Assembly (NCBI GenBank): GCA_964016885.1
Contig: OZ024746.1
Span: 81,468,001 to 81,532,000 of the forward strand
Reading direction: 5' to 3'
From: Eledone cirrhosa
Lineage: Eukaryota
DNA length: 64,000 nt
In this document: piece after piece, positions 1-13,632 of the stretch
How the letters are laid out: each line of letters opens with the position of its first letter
Numbering within the stretch: position 1 is the first letter of the stretch
Made by a program: the position numbers and the translations under genes
The notes under the pieces: generated by a model
Database searches by the model: none
Told to the model about the DNA's origin: nothing
What the model saw: the letters and a program-made list of their open reading frames with translations, nothing else

Positions 1-369
1 TCCAAGATAAGAATTATTGGCACCGCAGTACCAGACATCAAGGACTGAGAATAGACATTTTCCTCTATGGTTAAGAACTCATCAAACCATTTCAAATATA
101 TGTGAACAATTAGGGGAAGAGTGAAGGGGGAAATACTTCCCTTCAGTAAATTTGCTGAAAGGTAAGTGAGAGTGGTTAAATGGTTCCAATTTCAGTTTTC
201 GTTAGTATTTTCCTAGCAGGGAATAATCACTTCAGTTTTGTTTTGTCCGAATTGACTCTCTTCTTTGGTTATATTTTTACATTTTAATATTTTATATTTG
301 TAGAACACTTAAACGATTTCTAATGAGAATGTGGAAGACAGCACCAAAGATGCTATAGGGCACTCTCGG

Positions 370-604
370 GTGTATTATATTCAAGACGTGCTAAAAGGTG
401 GGTGAATGTTGCGAGAATGGACCGTGTGAAGGGACCTAATCTAACAGCGCGCCTGTAAGCCAGGTGATTTGGAGGGAGAGGGGTGTGCACCCCAGGTACT
501 CTCGGAGCGTCAGGTGATTTAGGATTGGTAGGGTTCATCAGTCGCCCCTGGATGGTTCCCTCCACTATTGGGGTATTTATATTGTTATAATTCTTTTGTT
601 GATT

Positions 605-605
<1 letters not shown>
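370..605 (+). mobile_element. Diverged 3' remnant of a Tx1/L1-clade LINE
   Basis: Translates VLYSRRAKRWVNVARMDRVKGPNLTARL* (TAA 456-458), homologous to the C-terminus VLYPSKFYERWVKVARMARVNGPSLYISL* of the 15161-16381 ORF; followed by a 3'UTR-like stretch and (TAG)n. Confidence 0.7.
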
Positions 606-643
<38 letters not shown>

Positions 644-644
644 A

Positions 645-683
<39 letters not shown>
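606..683. repeat. (TAG)n microsatellite
   Basis: Direct sequence; explains the poly-Tyr ORF 353-724. Confidence 0.95.
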
Positions 684-835
684 CGTATTTCCTTTGTAGA
701 TGCAACCACCATTAGGATTCTCAAATTCCAGTTATTCTCTTTGGATTACCAAAAGTTGTTTTTCTTCCGAAAAGTGATGAGACTCCTTAAAGAAGAGACA
801 AACTTCGTTCTCGTTTTCATGTGTGTATATATATC

Positions 836-914
<79 letters not shown>

Positions 915-1253
915 TAGCGAACGTTTCCAAGAACCAAAGTATCGTCTTCCTGTCTTCCTCCGGTTGCAACGTTTTTTGAAATATCCACTTCTGCGTTTAC
1001 AGATTGACTTTGTTAGTTTCAGAAGATCCCGTTAAGGGTGAAAGCAGTGATTCTTTGCTTAAACTTTAATCTGTTATTTTAATAAATATATATATATATA
1101 TATATTGAGTATATGTTGGTTGTTTACCGACACCTCAGTATGCAGATTGGAGCACTCGACGAAGTACGCAGGTTGGTTTGGTTACTCCGGAGTAATGTAA
1201 AATAAAGTTATTAAGTCAAATATTTAAGATTTGGCTTCGTTTATTAAAGATAT

Positions 1254-1308
1254 ACTGCTATATATATTTCGGTGACAGCCATCATTAGCTGTGACCTCTT
1301 CAGGCAGT
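1254..1308 (-). ncRNA. Type I hammerhead ribozyme motif (family A)
   Basis: Reverse complement of 1822-1876. Confidence 0.8.
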
Positions 1309-1821
1309 TCGAATTGGTGTGGTAGAGACAGGGACACATGTTGTTAAAGTGTTTTACTCCGTCAATACTCCGATATGTCCAGCTCTTGGTTGGGTTGTTA
1401 TTTCTCTGAGGAACTGGAATCATATGAATTCGAACAAACGAATTTCGGCATCATAGGACACTCTCTCCTCCCATTGGTCAGTTGTGAGAACATTCCTCAG
1501 TCAAAAGTCTATAGAAATTTATCCAGATAAAATAAAGCACTTTATGTAATGGATATATATATATGTAAAGATAAGAAAACTCCCAAACACACACTCATTC
1601 TTCTAAAGACAGCAGCAGTAGAACTAAGGCTGACCAATGTTCTCACAACTGACCAATGGGAGGAGAGAGTGTCCTATGATGCTGAAATTCGTTTGTTCGA
1701 ATTCATATGATTCCAGTTCCTCAGAGAAATAACAACCCAACCAAGAGCTGGACATATCGGAGTATTGACGGAGTAAAACACTTTAACAACATGTGTCCCT
1801 GTCTCTACCACACCAATTCGG

Positions 1822-1876
1822 ACTGCCTGAAGAGGTCACAGCTAATGATGGCTGTCACCGAAATATATATAGCAGT
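1822..1876 (+). ncRNA. Type I hammerhead ribozyme motif (family A)
   Basis: ACTGC-CTGAAGA-GGTCACAGC/taatgatg/GCTGTCACC-GAAA-TATATA-TA-GCAGT: stem I ACTGC:GCAGT, conserved core, 9-bp stem II with one mismatch, palindromic stem III, AUA site. Confidence 0.85.
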
Positions 1877-1925
1877 ACATCTTTAATAAACGAAGCCAAA
1901 TCTTAAATATTTGACTTAATAACTT

Positions 1926-1965
<40 letters not shown>

Positions 1966-1968
<3 letters not shown>

Positions 1969-2108
1969 AACAAGTAAGACCCCGACGGCTGAGCTCAAGC
2001 CGTTTCAACGGCTAATTCTGGACTGAATCAGTCCACTCTACTACCCTAAGTATTGAGTACTTTGGTGCGTTATGGTCCACCTGGTTCCTTACCACTTTTC
2101 CTTCGTTA
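1966..2108. mobile_element. Family M PLE-like fragments (minus HHR 3' half joined to plus 3' tail)
   Basis: Same family recurs at 8537-8597, 25330-25530, 26024-26160, 29692-29771, 32190-32690 and 56385-56410, always next to (TA)n. Confidence 0.7.
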
Positions 2109-2169
2109 TATATATATATATATATAATGTGTGTGCGTGTGTGTGTGGATATATATGTGTGTGTGTGTA

Positions 2170-2235
<66 letters not shown>

Positions 2236-2719
2236 AGAGAGAGAGTGTGTGTGTATGTGTGTGTGTGTATTTTGGAAGAAGTTCATGTCTATTTTTCTTG
2301 GGAGACATTCATGAAAATGTTAAGATGATTAAAGATTTATTTTTCTCTCTTTCAGATAACATTTCAATTTCTCAAGGCTGTAAATGTTCGAAGAGGAAAA
2401 TGACCCTAAAACTCAGTACATTGACGTTGTTGTACTCAAATAAAGATGAAACAACTTTAACCAACTTGAATATCCAGATAAAAGAAAGCACTTTATGTAA
2501 CGGATATATATATGTAAAGATAAGAAAACTCCCAAACAACTGTTAGGTTTTTATGGAGTTTAGTTATCTAGAGAGAGTGTTTAGAAATTGATTTTGTTTA
2601 TCTACACGTACTCTGATAAGATAGAACATCAATTAATGTCTATGTTCTGTACAGGTAGCATGTCTGTGTGTGTGTGTGTGTGTGTGTGTGCGTGCGCGCG
2701 GCCGTGTGTTGGATCTACG

Positions 2720-3020
2720 TCGGTTTCGACGACGAGTGTTTCCAGATGTTGGAACAACGAAACAACCTGCTCGTGAATTTAATGTGTGATTGAACACTCT
2801 ACAGACACATGTACTCTTATTTTAATCCTCAGAGAGATTCAGCGGGACATAATATGAGACAAGGCTGGCTCTTTGAATCATGGGTACAGCACGTTCTTGA
2901 TTGAGCTGTGTGGACTGGAATAACATGAAATAAAATGCCTTCCTTCAGGCACCTCCAGGATTCGAACTCCCGACATTCCGAATAGTGAGTCAAGCACCTA
3001 GACCACTAAGCCACTCACCT
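2720..3020. mobile_element. SINE-like remnant with tRNA-like segment
   Basis: GGATTCGAACTC...ACCACTAAGCCAC is the reverse complement of B-box/A-box-like motifs; a related piece lies at about 44600-44703. Confidence 0.5.
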
Positions 3021-3188
3021 TCTCGCAGATAAAATAAAGCAACTGGATCCGAGAGAAATTTTCCAATGTAAAAGATTGCTTTTAAAACCGCAGGGAGGCT
3101 GATAGATATTTGTGGCAATCTCTCTGGCACTCAATGAACCAGCTGAATCTGCCTTTAACAGACCCTAAATATGTTCTATCTTCTAGTT

Positions 3189-5611
3189 CAGGGGTCCCCA
3201 ACCTCCGGCCCACGGGCCACGTACGGCCCGCGAAGGCTTTTATCCTGCCCGCGAGTGTTCTATGGGAATTCGTAAATTTCAAGTTTTCATTTATGACAAA
3301 TCACACTCCAGAATTCAACAGTATTTCGTTATTATCTATCCGTCTATTTTTACCAGACGCACATGCGTGAACGCCAATGACCTTGACCCTATTGTTTGCA
3401 TATGTCGCAACACAGCTGCACAGGTGTACAGCATCTTATTTTTGGTAAAATAAAACATGTGCAGGCTTTCTAACATTCATACGTCAACGCGTTGTCTCCA
3501 ATCACTTTTCACTTGTGTTTGACGATCACATTCTATTCATAGATTTTGCCTTCCTTTCCAGGATCCTGTACCTCTTGACTTATAACATAAAATGGAAAAC
3601 AAGAAAAGGAAAGTGGATTTTCTGTGCCGAAATTTTAATCAAGAATGGACACTTGCCTACTTGTTCATAGAGCACCAAAGCAAATGTATTTGTTTGATTT
3701 GTCAAGATACTGTTGCCGTGGAGAAAGTTTCCAATATCAAGCGGTATTATGAAACTCGTCATAATCATTATAACAATTTCATTGGTGCGGCACGAGAAGA
3801 GAAAGTTGAACGTCTGAAAAGCTGTTTCACAAAACAAACATCGTGTTTTGCTATGAAGGTTAAAAAAGAGACAAGACTGCTCAAGCTAGCTTTGAGGTCT
3901 CGAAAATCATAGCAGAGAGAATGAAACCATTTTCCGATGGGGATTTTATTAAAGAGTGCATGTTGAAAGTTGTTCATACTGTCTGTCCAGAAAAAATCGA
4001 TCTCTTTTCTTCAATCAGTTTATCAGCTACATACGTAACAAGGCGAATTGAAGAACTGACACAAAATGTCAGAAATTTACAAGGGGATATGTTGAACAAA
4101 CTTGAGTACTTCACAATTGCCATTGACGAAACAACCGATATGACTGATACCTCTCAGTTAGCTGTATTTGTAAGGGGTGTTACACCAATGTTTTATATTG
4201 TTGAAGAATTCGCAAAATTAATTCCCATGAAGGACACGAATACAGGCGCGATATTTTCATGAAAATTATCCAACGGGCAAGCAAGAATAATATTGATTTA
4301 TCAAAACTCATTGGCGTAACCACCGATGGCGCATTAGCGATGATCAGGGACAAAAAGGGGTTCGTTACGCTACTTCAAGAGCACATTGGACACCATCACC
4401 AATTAATCAGACTCCATTGCATTATCCACCAGGACGCACTTTGTGCAAAGTCATTAGAGTTCAAAGATATTATGACAGAAGTTGTGAAAATAGTTAATTT
4501 CATCCTTTCAAGAGGGCTTAAACATCGCAAATTTCAGGAGTTCCTCAAACAGGTAGAAGCAGAATATGGTCATTTAACTTATTTCTCAAACGTCCGATGG
4601 CTCAGCCGTGGCAAAATGCTGCAGAGAGCTTACGTGTTGCGGGAAGAAATTGTCCAATTTTTGGAGATAAAAGGACAAGATGCAAGATACTTTACCAATC
4701 CAAAGTGGATCGCTAAACTAGCGGGGGGGGGGGGGGGGGGGGGGGGGCGTGACAAATTACTTGAATTCATTGAATCTTGACCTTCAAGGACAAAATAAGT
4801 TAATTTATGATATGTTTGGCCACGTACAGCATTTGAACGTAAACTTCAATTATGGGACTTGCAGTTACAGAAAGGTAATTTCCGAAGTCATTTTCCGAAT
4901 TTCCAAAATCATACAGACGACATTACTCAAGATATTTTTTTGAAGGCCATTCAAGATTTGAGAAATGAGTTTTCTTCCCGATTTGCCGACCTCCGACAGC
5001 ATGAAACCCAATTGAAACTATTTGGTTCACCCTTTGAAACAGATGCAGAAATAGTCGAGGAAAAATATCAGTTAGACCTCATAGACTTACCATGGCTTCA
5101 TTATTTGGAAGTACGTATTCCTGCGAACAACTATTTTCGAAGATGAAGTTCACGAAAAATCGATTGAGAACAAGATTACGGGACGACCACTTGCATGGTG
5201 TCTTGCTTCTGTCATCGACAACGATTTCACCTGATATTTAAAAATTGTCAAATGATAAACAGAAACAGATTTCTCATTAAAACTTTATTTTCCTTAATGG
5301 CTTTCATTATTCCGGAGAATTGGTGTTTTGAGTTATTCAATTTATTATTTCGTGGTATATCAGTTATTAAAAAGGGTACAGTTTGCAATAAATTGGCCCC
5401 CGATCTATCGATATTGCCGAATAAAATAATGTTTAAATGTATTTTTCTGCTTGAGACAGCTCTAAGTATCAATATTGAATTTTATTTCAAATCTAACATA
5501 AGGTAAATGATTACTTATTTGTATATAAGTAGTATTAATTGCACATCCGACCCGCGGAGCCGCCGCTGCATGGCTATCCGGTCCGCGGACCCAAAAGGTT
5601 GGGGACCCCTG
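3189..5611 (+). mobile_element. hAT (Buster/SPIN/Charlie-like) DNA transposon, full length
   Basis: TIR CAGGGGTCCCCAACCT 3189-3204 and AGGTTGGGGACCCCTG 5596-5611; 8-bp TSD TTCTAGTT at 3181-3188 and 5612-5619 (nnnTAnnn, the Buster pattern). Confidence 0.95.
3592..5280 (+). pseudogene. Frameshifted hAT transposase (GTF2IRD2/EPM2AIP1/SPIN-like)
   Basis: ORF pieces 3592-3912, 3921-4262, 4259-4780 and 4859-5146 carry BED-like CLICQ, IAIDETTD, VTTDGA, HCIIHQ and VRWLSRG; STYSCEQLFSKMK (catalytic E) near 5110-5148 in another frame. Confidence 0.92.
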
Positions 5612-6199
5612 TTCTAGTTAATATAGAACATTAAGAATTAGCTGTTTTCAATCCGGATAGGGCCTATGAGAGGGGGTCCAATCGGTACTTTGTTCCGGGG
5701 CCCAAGAGCTAAGAAGGCCCCACAGCAACCATGCAACATCCATTTTGATCAAAATCGTTACCTGCCTCGGGCCCCAAAGGGGTCTTGCACCGCCTTGCAA
5801 AATTTCTCATGGAAGCCCTGAATTCAGGTAAGATTGAACATCAAGTAATAATATCCATGTGAAAAAAAAAAAATTAAAGCACTTGCTATTGCTAAGTGAC
5901 AGACTCATGGTAAGACTCGGCTAAAGAATAGGCAAGGAAAATGAAAGAAAAGAACGGAAGTTTAGTGTGATATCTATTGCCAGTTAGGCAGGCACTTCTG
6001 ACGACCTTTGTACTTTGATAAGAAAAACAAACAAACAAACAATATAGAGATTTCTATTGTTGGAGTAGGTAATTAGGCCCTTACGAAAAAAGTTCTCAAT
6101 TGAAGATAAACAATTTTAAAGCAGAAACAATGACGATATTTATGTTTGTATGGGCGTGTGGTCTCTTCATGGAGTTGTAGGGGCGCCGCCATGGGGCAT

Positions 6200-6491
6200 T
6201 TAAAACCGACTCGGGTGTTTTGAAACCTAACAAGACTTTCTCCCCAAGCTCATGAGGGTCATCAAGGGGACTCATTTTCCAGATGTGAAAGTTATCAAGA
6301 GGGCCGGGACGACGGCGTTGCGGAGAATCTCGAGAGAATCCTTCCAGCAGTGCATGGAGACGTAGCAAAGAAGGATTGGAAAGTGCGTTAGGGACATTAT
6401 TTCGAAGTGGAAAACTTGTAGTTAGTAGTCTGGGTTTGAAATATTTCTTTTTTGTGACCCCAGTCTTGTTTATTTTCTGACACACTTCGTA
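6200..6491 (+). mobile_element. Mariner remnant (transposase C-terminus and right end)
   Basis: FQQCMET*QRRIGKCVR..YFE-like C-terminus at about 6340-6410; terminus ...GACACACTTCG followed by TA at 6490-6491. Confidence 0.7.
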
Positions 6492-7418
6492 ACCCCCCCC
6501 CCCCCCCCCCCCTCCACACATACACACATACATAGAGATATAAAATATATAGCTTTGCATGGTTTGCTTCTATTTTTTAGCATTAACATAGGCAGTTGTT
6601 ACGCTTGAGTCCAAATACCTCCAAGGTTAGCTTTGCCTTTCACCATTCTCTGATCGATAGAATAAAATATCAATCAAGTACTAGGGTTGATATAATCGAC
6701 TCGCCCTCCCTCTTTAAACAATTATCTTTGTATATAGTATAAAATCTCTAGCAGTGCATAGTTTGCTTATACTCTTTATCATTACCATAAGAATTGGCAG
6801 AATCGTTAGAGCGTCGGAAAAAATGCTGTTCAGCATTTAGTTACGGCCCTTGAAATCAAATACAGTCCGAAAGTCATGTCACCCCCTACCAAAAAGAAAA
6901 TTATATTATTATTATTAGAAAATTATATTATTATTATTATATATTATAAGAAAATTATATTATTATTATAATTAATTGTTTCTGATATTATATATTATAT
7001 TATTAAAGCAAAAAAACAATATGTAGGGGTGACAAGATATTTGACCACCCTGCAATATCAATGTCAACTTTGCCTTTCATTTTTCTGGAGTCGATAAAAT
7101 GGAGTACTACTGAATTCGGTGTAATCGATTTCCCTCGCTCCACAAACTAGCCTTTTGCCTAAATTAGAAATCATTACCATTAACCATCATTTGCGCTTTT
7201 TTTTACATGGTCAGTTTGCGCTGAAGTATCCCTCATAAACTTCATTTTCAAATACAACTTCCGGTTGTTGGAGACACAATTTATTTACTTTAAAAAGAAA
7301 ATAAAGTAAAAGAAATAGATTTACATCTAACCTCTTCATGTATTTATCTTTGTGATATATCATGTATTTTTTTTTATTATTTTTATACAACTTTACATTA
7401 TCACACACAAACATACGT

Positions 7419-7488
<70 letters not shown>

Positions 7489-8065
7489 ATACACACACTA
7501 AATGATTGACACTTTTAACTACATTGCCACACATTCGACAGCCATTTTATCTTACCAGCTTTTGTCAATCTTTCTCTAATAAAATTAGTCCACTTTGATA
7601 AGATTTTGTGACTTTATTAGCCTACTGATCTTTTATTGCCATATCTTCTACTTACCTGATAAATTGAGAGTCAATGTGAAAAGCTTTTACATAGCACCTG
7701 CTAGAAATAGCAGCCAAATCTACCTCGAAAGCATACCCTATCTTTTACAAGAAAGGAAGACTTATACATACTATGTCTGGAAACGACTTTCAATAGGGAT
7801 CTGCTCGATCTGGCCTTACATTGGGATTAACAACAGCAATAAACTTGTTTTCCATATTCAGTTGTTCTTTTATTTTACAAAATAAAGTTCACGGCGATCC
7901 AGGTCTTACATAGGTTTTCAATGGTCAGTTGTTGATCTTACATTTCACAAAAGAATATTCTCATTATATTATTCCATAACTCAGATCTGGAAGTAGTAAA
8001 TTATGCCTCCTAGCCTTTTCTTTCTTGCGCAGAATAAAATATCAGTGTGGACGATCAATTAATAT

Positions 8066-8280
8066 CAGGGGCGGTGGAAACATTTCTGAATTGGTGGGGA
8101 GGGACCAAATTTGGACAAGTTAGTTGAGGTGATTAGTTCAGCTCCTGGCACTCTAAAGTGGGCAGAAAACTTCGATATGCGATAAAAATAACATGTACAT
8201 AAATTGTAGCGCATATTCAAATAGATGTGTGTTTTGGTAGTTTGGGGAGAAAATATACATATTTTTTTTTAAATTATGCT
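8066..8280 (+). mobile_element. Left end of a hAT-like MITE
   Basis: CAGGGGCGGTGGAA at 8066 is the inverse of TTCCACCGCCCCTG ending at 16892; 8188-8248 is repeated at 16758-16817. Confidence 0.55.
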
Positions 8281-8339
8281 CTTTGCTCTTTCCTAAGGGG
8301 TTAATATATCGAGCTTCTTCGCATTTGGTAAAAAACTGG

Positions 8340-8418
<79 letters not shown>

Positions 8419-8422
8419 CATT

Positions 8423-8456
<34 letters not shown>

Positions 8457-8494
8457 TATATATATATATATTTATATATATATATTTATATATA

Positions 8495-8538
<44 letters not shown>

Positions 8539-8858
8539 AACGAGTAGGACCCCGACGGCTGAGCTCAAGCCGTTTCGACGGCTAATTCTGGACTAAATGA
8601 ACATTTTTATCCTGGTAAATGAATAGCCGAGCTTCTCAGGGAGTAATATTCCATATATGGTAAAAGTGATTGTCACAAGGATTGGTCAAAAGTTTGTTGT
8701 TGATACACATAATTCTATCATGCTATTTTGTGGAAGGAAGGGGGAAAGATGAACCATCTGGTTCCGTACCACTTTCCTTCGTTATATATATATATATATT
8801 TGTACTGCCTCTCTGTTTTGTTCCTGTTCAACTTTTCACTATATATATATATATATAT

Positions 8859-9016
8859 ATAAAATAACAGGAGGCTGGACTGGTGTAAATCCTTGAAAAG
8901 TTTATTATACTATGATCATTTCAATGACCGAATTCATACGGAACCCGGTCATTGACATGATCATAGTATAATAAACTTTTCAAGGATTTACACCAGTCCA
9001 GCCTCCTGTTATTTTA
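8859..9016. repeat. Fold-back PLE-like pair containing HHR 3' half (GAAA-TGATCA-TA)
   Basis: Arms 8859-8930 and 8946-9016, near perfect, next to (TA)n; the CUGANGA half is missing because of truncation. Confidence 0.75.
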
Positions 9017-9176
9017 TTTATAATAATTAACTCCGTATTAGCACCACCAACTACACAAACGAAGACGGGTGAACTGCACTACGTTGAGTACTCTTCATAA
9101 TATTACATCAAGATTGACCATATGGAATGACCAATTCTATCCAGTGGTGAACCAACAAACCTATATATATACATAC

Positions 9177-9244
<68 letters not shown>

Positions 9245-9259
9245 TATATATATACATAC

Positions 9260-9421
<162 letters not shown>

Positions 9422-9443
9422 CATTTATATATATATACATACA

Positions 9444-9481
<38 letters not shown>

Positions 9482-9599
9482 TTATATGCGTATATATATA
9501 TATTTATATATACATATATATTTATATATATAGGTTTATATATACATATATATTTATATATATATTTACATACATATATATATATATATATTTAGATAC

Positions 9600-9697
<98 letters not shown>

Positions 9698-9723
9698 TCA
9701 TTTATTATGGCTATTAGTGAGAT

Positions 9724-9816
9724 TTGTTACCCTAAAGTTTCACCTGCGCACTCGCATGATCACCAGTCTTATCTGATGATCCTGTGAGTACGCAGGTGAG
9801 ACTCCAGAGTAACAAG
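9724..9816. ncRNA. Back-to-back pair of degenerate hammerhead motifs
   Basis: Plus 9768-9816: CTTAT-CTGATGA-TCCTG..CAGGT-GAGA-CTCcaGAG-TA-ACAAG. Minus 9724-9766: CTGGTGA..GCAGGT-GAAA-CTTtaGGG-TA. Confidence 0.6.
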
Positions 9817-9851
9817 GCTTAGCCATAATAAACGAATATTTAAACGCTACT

Positions 9852-9885
<34 letters not shown>

Positions 9886-9924
9886 AGTAGCGTTTAAATA
9901 TTCGTTTATTATGGCTAAGCCTTG

Positions 9925-9979
<55 letters not shown>

Positions 9980-10824
9980 ACGTGAAGCTGTTGTTCTCAC
10001 AACTCTGACTGTCATACTATTCTTACAAGTACAATACGCTACCGCCAGCAGCTCGATACGCACTTAAAGCAATGAGCAATTGCAATGCTCTACATCACAC
10101 AACTCAAAAACAAAAATAGATAGAAAGACATTAGTGCACAACACATATTTACTCTACAGAATTCCCCACAAAAATAGAGAGCTTGTAACGGAAGCAATAC
10201 TTATAACGCATCACACATTTTAACTATAAACAAATACAACAGATACTAGTTAAACACAAAAGTTAACTCCTCATTGATGACATAAATTTGAATGTCAATA
10301 TTCAAATTCTATTCCAATCACATTGGTTCGCTCTACTTAAGGCAGGCAACAAAAAACGCCAATCTCACTTCATCTTGGAGATCTTTTTCTTCTTCTTCAC
10401 TCACCTATTCCTGGGAGGGTCGTGGGGGTCGAGTCCTCAAACACTCCCTCCAGCGGGTCGTCTCAGAAGCAAACGTCTCTAATTGATCTGGCTGGATCCC
10501 CAAGCGTGACCAGCCAAAGTCGCGGATGTTCTCCAACCATCTTGCTCAGGGTCTACACCTGGGTATTCTACATGTTGGTTTTGCCCGTAAAATCTCTCCA
10601 GCGATTCTTTCTTGAGACATTCTAACCGCATGACCATAGTATCGGAGATGAGACTATAAATATCTAGAAGCGTTAATTATGGTTTTAAGTACTTTACTGT
10701 TATAAACAATTTTCTAAGACACATCATATGTAAATATTAAAAAAGAAACATGGTAAAAAAGATAAAGCTAAAACACAGTCGTGTTTTCAATACAACACCG
10801 TTTGCGCACGTACCCCCCCCCATA

Positions 10825-10912
<88 letters not shown>

Positions 10913-11056
10913 TATACATATTTGTGAGTGTGTACATCTTTTAGTTTGTGTTTATATGTGATAGTTAAAGATGGGAGCAAGACTCCTTGTTTACGAAAAG
11001 TGTGTAGGAAAGAGAGTGGGGAAGAGAGAAGGGCGAGGTGTGTTTATCTGTGTGTG

Positions 11057-11107
<51 letters not shown>

Positions 11108-12207
11108 TTGTGTGTTTGTGTGTATGTGAAAATGTACATTCGTGTTGTATATTATAGTGTTTGTATTTCTGTCTATGTAAACATATCAAGACACGACCGT
11201 TTCATTCCCGAGTCAGCGTGAGTCTAATTATATTTTTCTTTATGTATGTATATGTTTGTGTATATCTATATGCGTTTGAGGGTGCGTTTTTGTAAACATA
11301 ATTTGCGCATGCGTGCTAGTAAATGTTAGCATTTAGTAGCCAGCGAGTAGAGTATAAAGATTAGCAAGTCCAACTTGTAGGCTAATATTACCTTACCCTA
11401 ACGCTGAGGTTTGAGAGAATAGTTTAACACTCTAAATATAGTATATCATTTCCCTGCCATAACTGTTAACTTTCATAACCATTTCGTGTGACTCGTAGTT
11501 TTTATCTAACGACAGATAGACATGCACGCATACATACATACATACATACATACATACATACATACATACATACATACATACATACATACATACATACATA
11601 CATACATACAAGCATATATACATACATGGTGGCTGCCAACTCGTTTTCGAGTACGGCCGCTACTTTATATCCATGTAGGAGAACCCCTACCGATGCGCTG
11701 AACGAGTGTGACTTTTTTGTCCAGCCAGCGGCTTGAAAACTCTGGTACAAACACTACACTTGTGACAATTATTGACACATAGTGCTGGGCCCATTGTACC
11801 ATGTGACAACAAGTGCAGAGAGATCTCCAGATATAAAGCAATGCCTGTGCCGTGAAGCTTTTATAGTGAGCAAAGGCACTGCACAAAGCCAGTCCCACTC
11901 TCTTAACCAAGATGATATTTACCAAAAAGAAGAACAAGTCAACATCATTGGATACCATCAGGGCTGCAGGTGTTATATCAGAGTTTTTGACAAAGGCTAA
12001 GGGGTCATCTCTCCCGGTGATTTTGGATGGCCATTGACTCTTAAGAGCTCCATTGCCCTTTGACAGGTTTTGTTTTTAGTCCTGCAGGATGTCCAAAGTC
12101 ACCCTCCTCACCAAGAAACCTTGGTGGGGTTACCAGTTTAGTCGCCAACGACCCGACCATGGGACAGGTTGTACTGGAATACATGTTACCAGTAGCATCA
12201 ACTGATG

Positions 12208-12240
<33 letters not shown>

Positions 12241-12327
12241 CATATATATATACAAACATACATATGCATGTACGTATATGCATAGAGATAGATCGCTTGA
12301 TAGATAAATAGATAAATAGATAGATAG

Positions 12328-12446
<119 letters not shown>

Positions 12447-12493
12447 AGTATAGAGAGAGAGATGGGTTGATAGATAGATGAATAGATAGATAG

Positions 12494-12562
<69 letters not shown>

Positions 12563-12745
12563 TACATCTCCCCCTTCCAATAATTGGTGAAGTTTTGGTT
12601 GTTGATTGACGAGCTAGGAGAGCTCTTTGGCTAAAGTTCTGAAGAGTGTGATTAATTTTACTTTACGTTTAGTGTGACATGTATTTTGGTTGGGTCTGGT
12701 TGAGTTTAGATAAATGGATATTTGCTTAAGATTGTGAATAACATT

Positions 12746-12825
<80 letters not shown>

Positions 12826-12913
12826 AAGACTCTTCCTGCAATTTCAAGCGTTAAACTAATATATTTCTTCCATGTACTGTGTCGTTTGCTTTGTTATTTC
12901 TGTTTACATTTTA

Positions 12914-13009
<96 letters not shown>

Positions 13010-13147
13010 TAAATATATATATATATGAATGTGTGTATAGTATATTTGGCAATATACCGCATCTTTAATTAAAAAGATTTAGAAGACCTTACGCTTTAAA
13101 GTAGTGACTATGTCACTTACTTCTTTTCGGCGAAAGACGGGAGAGAA

Positions 13148-13188
13148 GCTGATAGTCTGTTTCACGCCGGTTGGCGTTCATCAGAGAC
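13148..13188 (-). ncRNA. Hammerhead-like motif, stems I/III degenerate
   Basis: CTGATGA-ACGCC/aacc/GGCGT-GAAA-CAGACTATC on the minus strand. Confidence 0.6.
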
Positions 13189-13214
13189 ACGTACCCCCCC
13201 CCCCCCCCCACCTG

Positions 13215-13248
<34 letters not shown>

Positions 13249-13292
13249 GAAAAATTGAACAGGGACAGAACAGAGAGGCAGTACAATAAATG

Positions 13293-13342
<50 letters not shown>

Positions 13343-13445
13343 TTATATATATGTATATATACATACAGAGAGAGGGGGGGGGGTTAGAAGTCTGAGGGTT
13401 TATATCCGTAGTAAGTGAAGCACTCAGTCCATAAGACGAGTTCAG

Positions 13446-13560
13446 TATAAAATTAGTTCCACAACATTTTAGCAAACCATCTTCGAGTTGAAAATCCGTT
13501 GGGTGAAACACGTGTCCTCGAAGATGGCTTGCTAATATGTTGTGGAACTAACTTGATATA
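13446..13560 (+). ncRNA. Degenerate hammerhead closed by a ~40-bp hairpin
   Basis: CTTCGAG-TTGAAAA-TCCGTTGGGT-GAAA-CACGTG-TC-CTCGAAG; arms 13446-13487 and 13517-13560. Confidence 0.6.
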
Positions 13561-13632
13561 TAGAGAGAGAAAGAGAGAGGGGGAGTGGAGAGGGAGATAG
13601 ATGAATATATATATATATATAGATAGATAGAT

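Larger units (their letters stand above)
1105..1932. mobile_element. Fold-back PLE-like fragment pair between (TA)n tracts
   Basis: Inverted arms 1198-1494 and 1636-1932 (297 bp, about 3 mismatches), each with an HHR motif. Confidence 0.85.

Noticed and set aside
4723-4747. Poly-G tract in the transposase and other G/C runs (6493, 13194, 16837, 39482) as G-quadruplex signals
   Set aside because: More simply homopolymer expansions or sequencing artefacts.
11628-12200. GC-richer blocks (also 48690-49230 and 56520-57000) as LINE 5' regions or RT remnants
   Set aside because: Suggestive only; no motif I could translate convincingly without a repeat-library search.
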